Source: a virus (taxonomy: Duplodnaviria; Heunggongvirae; Uroviricota; Caudoviricetes). Taken from it: DNA of 64,000 bases. This document shows, in pieces, positions 53,343 to 60,311 of the stretch. The DNA lies in the IMG/VR virus record IMGVR_UViG_3300043436_002205; one strand, 5' to 3'. The first letter of the stretch is position 1; each line of letters begins with the position of its first letter. Under the pieces are notes generated by a model. It worked only from the letters and a program-made list of their open reading frames with translations. It searched no databases and was not told the origin of the DNA. A program made the translations under genes and the position numbers.

Positions 53343-54825
53343 TTACATATTCCTTCATTTGTTCCTGTCGAATAGAGCTGTCATAGTGAAGAGGAATGGC
53401 TGTCGCGATAAGCAATGCGCCACCATCGATGATCTCACGATACTCTTTTGAATAATACTTTCGAATAATCTTTGAGAAACTTTCACGAACATACTTAGGA
53501 TACGCCTTGCTCTGAAACAGCGAGTTGTATCCATGATAGAGATCGTGAGAGAGTTTACACAGGTCGTATAGATGATCGCCGCCGCAACCAACATGATTGC
53601 CGTATTCTCCACGAGGATCCAAGAGAGTAATGCTATCGTTATATGGATTATACAATATATTTCCAAAATGTAAATCGCCATGCATAGCCAGAACAGGCTC
53701 AGCTCGGTTCATACATCTTTCAGCGATCCGCCCGTAATATCCTTGCTCAGAAGAACTTAGGCCAGACTTATTGAGTCTTTCAGTTGTCTTTTGGATCCAC
53801 ATGGCATTTGCGTTACTGCTAAAGTCTTTTAGAAACTCAAGACTAGGTCTCTGATGAAAGTTGTTTCGAACAGAAAGTACAACCTTTTCAATTAGATAGT
53901 CGATAGTACTCTTAGAAATGTCCTCGTGGATGAATAGATCCGAGAGCAGAGTACCGGACTCATAAGACAGAGATAGGCCGTAGTCATCATCTAGCACCTT
54001 TGGAACGAACATTCGCTGCTTTGAATTGAGAGCTTTGTACCAAGACTTTTCGTTCATGACAGTACGAACAGCGAACTCATTCGTATAGTTTGGTACCTTC
54101 GTAACTACGTTGAGTTCTGGGTCGTACTGAAACGAATTGAATGCACGAGCTTTAAAAGTAAGGAACTCTGCGCATGTACGATGATACGAAGCAATGTCAC
54201 CAATGTCGTACCAGTTGCTCGTATTAATACGGTTAAAAGATCTTGAAGTTGAACGCGCATACTTCTCAAGGGCAAACGAGATGTCGTACTCAGTCGCTGA
54301 GGAGAACGCATAGTCAGCGCCTACACCATCTGCGAAACTATACAGGCCAACGAGTGCAGCAGCATTTGGAACCGTCTCCGTTGGTTTATTGAAGAATTCC
54401 TTACCATCCCACATACACCACGCAAAGTGGTCTTCAACTTCTTTCGTAAGAAGAAAGTCGGTGCCTAGTGGAAGATCATTATCAAGAATGATTGCGTCTC
54501 CAAGCCATACGACGAGCGGCATATCTTTATTCGACAGCTCTGCAATACCAACACGAATAGCATCACGGGGACCGTTCAACGATCCCTGCTTTACGCAACG
54601 AATATCATCGCTATAGGCACTCTTTGTAGCCCATTCACGAATATCATCATGCTTGCCGTCAACGATTACGATCTCTCCGATATCTGGAGTATTCTTATAG
54701 ATCGACTCGATGATGTACTCGATTGTTGGTTTACCATGTACGCGAACCATTGCTTTGGAACAGTTCGATGTTAGCGGCCGAAGACGAGTAGCCTCACCCG
54801 CCGCTGGAATTACTACGTTGATCAT
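53317..54825 (-). CDS. Nucleotidyltransferase fused to an APH/choline-kinase-like sugar kinase (likely start MINVV)
   Basis: IPAAGEATRL..SKAM, WLGD, WYDIG; HGDLHFGNI, LLDPRG, YDLCKL. Confidence 0.85.
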   Translation of the reverse strand: MINVVIPAAGEATRLRPLTSNCSKAMVRVHGKPTIEYIIESIYKNTPDIGEIVIVDGKHDDIREWATKSAYSDDIRCVKQGSLNGPRDAIRVGIAELSNKDMPLVVWLGDAIILDNDLPLGTDFLLTKEVEDHFAWCMWDGKEFFNKPTETVPNAAALVGLYSFADGVGADYAFSSATEYDISFALEKYARSTSRSFNRINTSNWYDIGDIASYHRTCAEFLTFKARAFNSFQYDPELNVVTKVPNYTNEFAVRTVMNEKSWYKALNSKQRMFVPKVLDDDYGLSLSYESGTLLSDLFIHEDISKSTIDYLIEKVVLSVRNNFHQRPSLEFLKDFSSNANAMWIQKTTERLNKSGLSSSEQGYYGRIAERCMNRAEPVLAMHGDLHFGNILYNPYNDSITLLDPRGEYGNHVGCGGDHLYDLCKLSHDLYHGYNSLFQSKAYPKYVRESFSKIIRKYYSKEYREIIDGGALLIATAIPLHYDSSIRQEQMKEYVIEYANSSH

Positions 54826-55462
54826 AATGTGTTCTCCATTCGTCATATTCATCTTCTAATAAAGCCCAGTGCAGCTTTGTTGAACGATCGAAGTTGCTCG
54901 ACCTTCTGTCCCAGACGATCCACATATATGCGATCATGCCGCCAAGCTGATGTGTCTTATTTATGGGCTCTACTAAGCCCGAACCAAAATTAATTCTATC
55001 ACTTAGAAATATAATATCACTTGGAGGGTATTTTGTAAACAAGTTTTTTCGCTTCTTTCCTTCAAGAAACGTAAGACGAACAAACATTGCTACGTATGGA
55101 TATTCCGATAGAGCTTTCTCTGTAATCTTTCGAGGAAGATCCTTATGATACGGAGGGTTCGTAATCAAACCTTCGTATCCGGTTGGTCGTTCGAGCTCAA
55201 GAACATCAATGCTAGTTTCGATGTCTACGAGACTATTATCATATTCGTTAAGATCGAACGATTTTACATTATGACCGTTTCTTTGGAGTTCGATCGAAAT
55301 ATTACCTCGGCCCGCGCAGGGTTCAACCACATTCTTTGGTGGACGAACATACTTACACAGAATGTAAGTTGCGAGTGGCGGTGTTGGATAGAAGTCGTTT
55401 TCTTTACGATCTGGGTCGTCCTTCTTTACACCAACGTATATATCAGTTAAGTTCTTAGCCAC
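54794..55462 (-). CDS. Amino-group (N6A/N4C) DNA methyltransferase
   Basis: NDFYPTP, VEPCAGRG, ITNPPY. Confidence 0.8.
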   Translation of the reverse strand: MAKNLTDIYVGVKKDDPDRKENDFYPTPPLATYILCKYVRPPKNVVEPCAGRGNISIELQRNGHNVKSFDLNEYDNSLVDIETSIDVLELERPTGYEGLITNPPYHKDLPRKITEKALSEYPYVAMFVRLTFLEGKKRKNLFTKYPPSDIIFLSDRINFGSGLVEPINKTHQLGGMIAYMWIVWDRRSSNFDRSTKLHWALLEDEYDEWRTHYDQRSNSSGG

Positions 55463-55806
55463 TCTTTACATTCCTTTAGACAATTGTTTTCATATTCTCT
55501 ATCGTTTAGCTTTCGGTTCAATGGAGACGGGTGCGGAAGGGTATAGTGTTCCACTCCTGCTCGCTTAAGTGCCTGCGAGGCAAAACCACCGAGAGCAATT
55601 ACCTTCCTATATCCATTCACAAAGGATCGAACAAAGTTTAGATCAACATCCTTCATCTTGTACTCGCCTTCGTATGGAATTACATTCGAAAAAGAATAGT
55701 GATGGAAACCGAGAGCTTCCATCCATACATTCATCTTATCTAACGAACAGTTCTTACGAAAAGGTTTTCCTGAAGGGTTGATACCAACGAGAATTACTTC
55801 ACTCAT
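55447..55806 (-). CDS. Uracil-DNA-glycosylase superfamily protein, minimal
   Basis: LVGINP (motif A), SN, VIALG, LPHPSP (motif B). Confidence 0.7.
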   Translation of the reverse strand: MSEVILVGINPSGKPFRKNCSLDKMNVWMEALGFHHYSFSNVIPYEGEYKMKDVDLNFVRSFVNGYRKVIALGGFASQALKRAGVEHYTLPHPSPLNRKLNDREYENNCLKECKEWLRT

Positions 55807-56273
55807 TCAAAGTTCCAATGACGCTCGTTGATATAAGTAATCGAGACACCAGCCTCTTCATACATCGGCCGAGACATTCCATTCCACTGGTTCTGCCACT
55901 TCTCAGGAGAATGTTCAGGGTACGTGATCACGACTCGTTTAATGCCGGATTGAATGACCGACTTAGTGCACTCAGCACAGATTGGCAGACCCCATACGTA
56001 GATCGTTGCGTCTTTGACGGATACGCCACTATAGAGTGCATTCATCAGAGCATTCATCTCGCCGTGAACGATACGTGGATACTTTTGTTCACGATCATTA
56101 AGACGCTCCTCGGTATCTTCAATACCACGAGGAAACCCGTTATATCCGGTCGCAAGGATACGACGTTCATCATTAACGATTACAGCGCCAATCTTGCTCG
56201 AAGGATCCTTACTCCAAGTTGAAATCTCGCGCGCGAGTTTCATAAAGCGGTTGTCCCATTTACTATCAATCAT
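55803..56273 (-). CDS. cd: dCMP deaminase
   Basis: SKDPSSKIGAVI, TGYNGFPRG, HGEMNA, PICAEC. Confidence 0.95.
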   Translation of the reverse strand: MIDSKWDNRFMKLAREISTWSKDPSSKIGAVIVNDERRILATGYNGFPRGIEDTEERLNDREQKYPRIVHGEMNALMNALYSGVSVKDATIYVWGLPICAECTKSVIQSGIKRVVITYPEHSPEKWQNQWNGMSRPMYEEAGVSITYINERHWNFE

Positions 56274-56439
56274 TTATCTTACTCCATTTAATTCCAAAGA
56301 AGAGTCTCTGCATAAAGCGATGAAAAGCGTTTGGTTGCTTGCCTTCTTCTAAGTTCCAATATACGCCGTTTATTAGTTGGCACTTCCAAGCAGGTTCGGG
56401 TGGTGCGGAGATAGTATAAGTTACACCTATATCACGCAT
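56266..56439 (-). CDS. 57-aa protein MRDIGVTY...KQPNAFHRFMQRLFFGIKW (missed by the track)
   Basis: Hand translation; fills the gap and overlaps both neighbours. Confidence 0.6.
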   Translation of the reverse strand: MRDIGVTYTISAPPEPAWKCQLINGVYWNLEEGKQPNAFHRFMQRLFFGIKWSKIND

Positions 56440-57094
56440 CCATCAACTCCTCGATGAACTTGAAGTGGCGTTCGTATACATGCAGGTTCGTTGCAGTCCA
56501 GATGAGATCACCGACTCCAACTCTAAGGTCCGCAGCAAGTTTCTTTTGAACATGCATTGCCCAGTGAACATCGTTGTCATAACCGAACACTGCGTCGTTC
56601 GAACGCATCAGATAGTGGCTGATGAGTTTACCGTCACGGATCATAAAAGTGTTTGCATAGGTGCAGATGAAATCTGACATATCGTCTTCGTAATAGTCAG
56701 TATGCATGGAAGGACGATTGTAGATCATGACAGCACGGCGGCTGTTAGGGTTATTCAAAAGTTCAGTAAGAACGTTCATATACTGAAAACCGTTCTTTTC
56801 AGACCAAATGAGATGACCATAGTTTGAATTGATACGACCATGTTTTGAAGCAACATTTTTCCAGATCGCAGGAGTCTCACCAGGAATATCTTCAACATAC
56901 AGAGACTGCGACTCGTACCATTCGAGTTCACGTTCGATGTATTCGTAGTTTGGTTTACGAATGATCCAATCCTCATCAGCGATAAAGGATTGTCCGATAA
57001 GCTCGATGGTTTTAACACCGGTCTTATCAGTCACAAAGTCTTGATCACGATACTTTTGAATGAGTTGATTGCGAATATTAAAAACTCTTTGCAT
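56432..57094 (-). CDS. gp42: dCMP hydroxymethylase/hydroxylase (T4 gp42-like thymidylate synthase homolog)
   Basis: INSNYG, SRRA.MIY.RPSM, DFICT, MRSND.VFG..ND (Asp at the dCMP-specificity position). Confidence 0.9.
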   Translation of the reverse strand: MQRVFNIRNQLIQKYRDQDFVTDKTGVKTIELIGQSFIADEDWIIRKPNYEYIERELEWYESQSLYVEDIPGETPAIWKNVASKHGRINSNYGHLIWSEKNGFQYMNVLTELLNNPNSRRAVMIYNRPSMHTDYYEDDMSDFICTYANTFMIRDGKLISHYLMRSNDAVFGYDNDVHWAMHVQKKLAADLRVGVGDLIWTATNLHVYERHFKFIEELMDA

Positions 57095-57578
57095 ATTCCA
57101 TTACTCCATGTCTCATATATTTTTGAACGATGCTCATATCAGTAATTGTACCAATAAGAGTCATTTTGTCAATAGGAAAGTGAGCAACGTATCGCTTATC
57201 ACGAGTATTTTGTCTGATTACAAAATTTCTTTTACCGAGAGGAGGGGCACTGTAAATCCTAAGGACTGGATCATCAGGCTCTGGGCGTTGACAAAAGATA
57301 AGAATGTCGACATTCATACACTTGCTTAGCTGATTGCTATGGATGCCACTCGCTTTTTCATTTGATGAGATCGGAACTGTAAAACTATTGAACATATGAA
57401 AACGCGTTTCCAACTTATTCTCTAGAGAATGGTCTTCACCGTTCACGGTAAGAATCAAATCTTTATCAGCGTCGAACGGATCTTTAGAAAGTTTAGCCGT
57501 GATGCCTCGCTTAGAGAAAAATTCTACGATAAGATGCTCGATGTCAACGCCGAGTTGTCTATCTGCTTGAGTACCCAT
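57078..57578 (-). CDS. Putative PD-(D/E)xK nuclease
   Basis: G.DIE..IV...DPFD.DKD....ENK spacing. Confidence 0.4.
   Translation of the reverse strand: MGTQADRQLGVDIEHLIVEFFSKRGITAKLSKDPFDADKDLILTVNGEDHSLENKLETRFHMFNSFTVPISSNEKASGIHSNQLSKCMNVDILIFCQRPEPDDPVLRIYSAPPLGKRNFVIRQNTRDKRYVAHFPIDKMTLIGTITDMSIVQKYMRHGVMEYAKSF
57145..57172 (-). promoter_or_regulatory. Sigma70-type promoter for gp42 (inside the upstream ORF)
   Basis: TTGACA-16-TACAAT. Confidence 0.5.
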
Positions 57579-58123
57579 TATTTAAATCCTTTCAAAAATT
57601 GCTCAACAGAAGGAACGGTGTTTGCAAATCCGCCATTGATGCTGATGTTGATATGAAGCTTGTGCATGCAGGAAGAAACGGTGTATGCTTCGATAAAAGC
57701 AGACATCGTTTCATTGTATTCATGTAGAGATTTCTCAAGACTATCGCCGTCGTCACGAGCAGCGATAGCTTCAGGATCATCAGTCAGAAGAATGAGAGCT
57801 GCTTCTGGATAATTACGAAGATACCGATAGTCCAACTCATAGATATCAGCTGGGTTTGCACCACGATACTTCTCGCCATAGACAGCCGCGCCAAGGTGAA
57901 AGCGGTCGAAGATCACATCATAGAAGTAGTCGTCAACGAGCATCTGACTCGATTGAAACAACGACTCGTAGTGTTTAATTTCCCATGCATTTGGGTCCTC
58001 TACCTTAGGAGGAGAAGACGAGTGATGCACGAGAATGTTTGGCGATGTAAAGTGTCGCTTACGTAGATGTTCAACGAGCGTTGACTTACCACAGCGATCC
58101 ATACCTTCAACGATGAGTAGCAT
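57578..58123 (-). CDS. dNMP (thymidylate-kinase-like) kinase
   Basis: IVEGMDRCGKST P-loop, IFDRF. Confidence 0.85.
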   Translation of the reverse strand: MLLIVEGMDRCGKSTLVEHLRKRHFTSPNILVHHSSSPPKVEDPNAWEIKHYESLFQSSQMLVDDYFYDVIFDRFHLGAAVYGEKYRGANPADIYELDYRYLRNYPEAALILLTDDPEAIAARDDGDSLEKSLHEYNETMSAFIEAYTVSSCMHKLHINISINGGFANTVPSVEQFLKGFK

Positions 58124-58131
58124 TATACCTC

Positions 58132-58596
58132 CTATTTTAGTTGTTTTGAGAAAGGAAGATTGTGTAGTTCACTTTCACTAAGATATCGACTAGTAAGATT
58201 TTGTTCTATAGTGCGATTTACTTCTACTTCACCGTTAATAATATCACCAGTCAAAGGACATGTCAATGATATTGGCATCTTAGGAGCAGCAACAGCATAA
58301 ATGTCAATCTTAGACTCTCCAAGTTCCTTCATCACTCTAAGAATACGTCTATTTGTTGCATCACCACGTTTACTCGCGCCACCTTTATACTTATCAACAC
58401 GACCGTACCACCCACGAGAACCACCGGCAATGCCGATCTTCATTAAGCGACCTTTTACATACATAAAGTAAACGATGTTGCCCATGTCACGAAAGTTAGA
58501 CCACGTCTTATCAGTAACATAATCTATCTCTGTTTCCGTGACATTGAAATGCCCGATATATTCAGCCGTTTTCGCGAGTTCAGAAATTGACTTCAT
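58132..58596 (-). CDS. denA: GIY-YIG nuclease resembling T4 endonuclease II
   Basis: NIVYFM..KIG...GRVDKY...DAT..RI...KIDIYA...E; layout parallels EndoII (from recall). Confidence 0.6.
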   Translation of the reverse strand: MKSISELAKTAEYIGHFNVTETEIDYVTDKTWSNFRDMGNIVYFMYVKGRLMKIGIAGGSRGWYGRVDKYKGGASKRGDATNRRILRVMKELGESKIDIYAVAAPKMPISLTCPLTGDIINGEVEVNRTIEQNLTSRYLSESELHNLPFSKQLK

Positions 58597-59108
58597 TTGG
58601 TTTTCCTATGTTTTACGAAGTTTTTATACACGATTGGTTCTGGATGTACTTTGATACCAACTGCACTATAACGATCACCATTTTCCGGCATCATTCTTTG
58701 ATAGCCAGCTTCGTTTAGCATCTTATCTTCTTCTTTAGTTACGAAGACGATGCGATTATGCTTACTTAAGAAATCATAGATCGATTTCTCGTCAGTGCAC
58801 TCCTCTACCATCTTTTGAATGAGTATGTTTAGAGGAACGACGTGTTCATGAATACCAAACTTCTTTAAAGCATCGCCACCAGCTGGCTTGCCAAGAGACT
58901 CCCACTTCTCTTTAAATCTTTCGGACATATAGGCGAAGTCAGGACTATCAATGCCTTTATCGATCCCGAGTCTTTCGTGAGTAGCTGCATTGTAAACATT
59001 GCAGAAAATGTATCTCATGGATCGAGTATCGTTAGAATTGTATTTTGCTCCTGAACGTATGTCGTTCAGGAGCAACTTGATCATTGTAAGATTTGTTTCT
59101 AAAGTCAT
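58593..59108 (-). CDS. Hypothetical protein with HEHVVP motif (possible HNH-like)
   Basis: IHEHVVPL; otherwise unrecognised. Confidence 0.4.
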   Translation of the reverse strand: MTLETNLTMIKLLLNDIRSGAKYNSNDTRSMRYIFCNVYNAATHERLGIDKGIDSPDFAYMSERFKEKWESLGKPAGGDALKKFGIHEHVVPLNILIQKMVEECTDEKSIYDFLSKHNRIVFVTKEEDKMLNEAGYQRMMPENGDRYSAVGIKVHPEPIVYKNFVKHRKTK

Positions 59109-59353
59109 TATCGGTATCGAGTGTATACATAGACGTCAGCAGACGTGGCGTAAGGAAGAGGAAGCGAGTCATTGTAGCGACGAACTCCGCGACGATGACC
59201 GCGACCCTGCAGCTTGACATACTGAGTGGTACCGAAAGCAGTGTTACCAAGCTTGACGACGGTACGCAGACCGTCAACAGCGGCTTGGTCCTCAGGAGCA
59301 ACTTGGCCGTTAACCATACGAACAGTGAAGCGATAAGCAGAAGTGCGAGTCAT
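59108..59353 (-). CDS. Small basic early protein
   Basis: Own sigma70 promoter and SD. Confidence 0.6.
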   Translation of the reverse strand: MTRTSAYRFTVRMVNGQVAPEDQAAVDGLRTVVKLGNTAFGTTQYVKLQGRGHRRGVRRYNDSLPLPYATSADVYVYTRYR

Positions 59354-59382
59354 AGGATGGTTCCTTTCCTTTTCCTATTGTC

Positions 59383-59411
59383 AATCTATACTGATTCTAA
59401 ACGAATGTCAA
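59383..59411 (-). promoter_or_regulatory. Early sigma70 promoter
   Basis: TTGACA-17-TAGATT; spacer contains GAATCAG. Confidence 0.75.
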
Positions 59412-59414
59412 TAG

Positions 59415-59585
59415 TTAAGAAGCGAAGTTGCGGTCCTGAAGACCAACTTTTTTCGCACCCTTTGCCCAGGCGCCCGACTTACCGCGCCAGGTCTTAAACC
59501 GCTTGCGAGACGGCGAGAGAACTTTTACCTCACCGCCGTTAGCGGCGAAATTTGCGACGAGCTTTGCGATGTCAGTTTTAGTCAT
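59415..59585 (-). CDS. 56-aa basic early protein MTKTDIAKLVANFAANGGEVK... (missed by the track)
   Basis: Hand translation; AGAGGAG SD; own promoter. Confidence 0.75.
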   Translation of the reverse strand: MTKTDIAKLVANFAANGGEVKVLSPSRKRFKTWRGKSGAWAKGAKKVGLQDRNFAS

Positions 59586-59611
59586 AGTTGTTCTCCTCTC
59601 GTTATAGATAT

Positions 59612-59640
59612 AGAATATCTGATTCGGGAGGAGATGTCAA
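59612..59640 (-). promoter_or_regulatory. Early sigma70 promoter
   Basis: TTGACA-17-TATTCT; spacer contains GAATCAG. Confidence 0.75.
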
Positions 59641-59643
59641 CCA

Positions 59644-60060
59644 TTAAATGAGAACATTTGGAAGGTGGCCATGATTTCCTTCATGAGATGGAGCTTGCCA
59701 ACCCTCAGGCTTGAGCAGATCCGGCAATCCAAAAGGATTCGGGCGCCCAGGCTTGACACCAGGAGACTTAGACATGTTTGCTTCGTATACTTTATCCCAA
59801 GCAGCCTTTGCATCAACACCAAACACGTCGAGAGTACCGAGTGCAAAGACAACGAGATCGATGAGACCGTCGACTACCTCTTCAGAATCTTTTGCGGCGT
59901 ATGCAGCGACCGTTTCGTCAAGTTCTTCCTTGCACATAGAGAGACGGAACTCAAGATACTTGTCCATCAGATCTTTGTCGTGCTTGTTCTTTTCGAACCA
60001 CTCGTGCACTCCAAACTTGTTGTGCATCATATACATGTCATGGATAAGGTCAGCTGACAT
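59644..60060 (-). CDS. All-alpha NTP pyrophosphohydrolase (MazG/PRA-PH-like)
   Basis: KEELDE...EVVDGLIDL...VYEANMSK. Confidence 0.85.
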   Translation of the reverse strand: MSADLIHDMYMMHNKFGVHEWFEKNKHDKDLMDKYLEFRLSMCKEELDETVAAYAAKDSEEVVDGLIDLVVFALGTLDVFGVDAKAAWDKVYEANMSKSPGVKPGRPNPFGLPDLLKPEGWQAPSHEGNHGHLPNVLI

Positions 60061-60253
60061 ATTTAACTCCTTCAGATTTCAAACAGGCTTCGATAGAAGT
60101 GATCTCATCTTTAATTGATAGCTTAATTCGCTTTTGAGTGTTGATCATTTCTTCAGGAGCTTTCTCTCCTTCCAATGCTTCAACCAAGTTATGTACTGCA
60201 GTATGCTTTTCTTTTAGAGACGCTAGTCTTTCTAGTCTGGTCTTTGGATCCAT
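60050..60253 (-). CDS. DUF465/YdcH-like small protein
   Basis: LKEKH...L....KRIKL.IKDEI. Confidence 0.65.
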   Translation of the reverse strand: MDPKTRLERLASLKEKHTAVHNLVEALEGEKAPEEMINTQKRIKLSIKDEITSIEACLKSEGVKYVS

Positions 60254-60283
60254 TCTAATCTCCCCCTTGTTAGTTGATAATTC

Positions 60284-60311
60284 TTTATACCATAATATTT
60301 CAAAATGTCAA
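60284..60311 (-). promoter_or_regulatory. Sigma70-type promoter
   Basis: TTGACA-16-TATAAA. Confidence 0.6.

Noticed and set aside
56432-57094. Canonical thymidylate synthase ThyA
   Set aside because: Short length, gp42-like motifs and Asp at the specificity position favour a dCMP-modifying enzyme.
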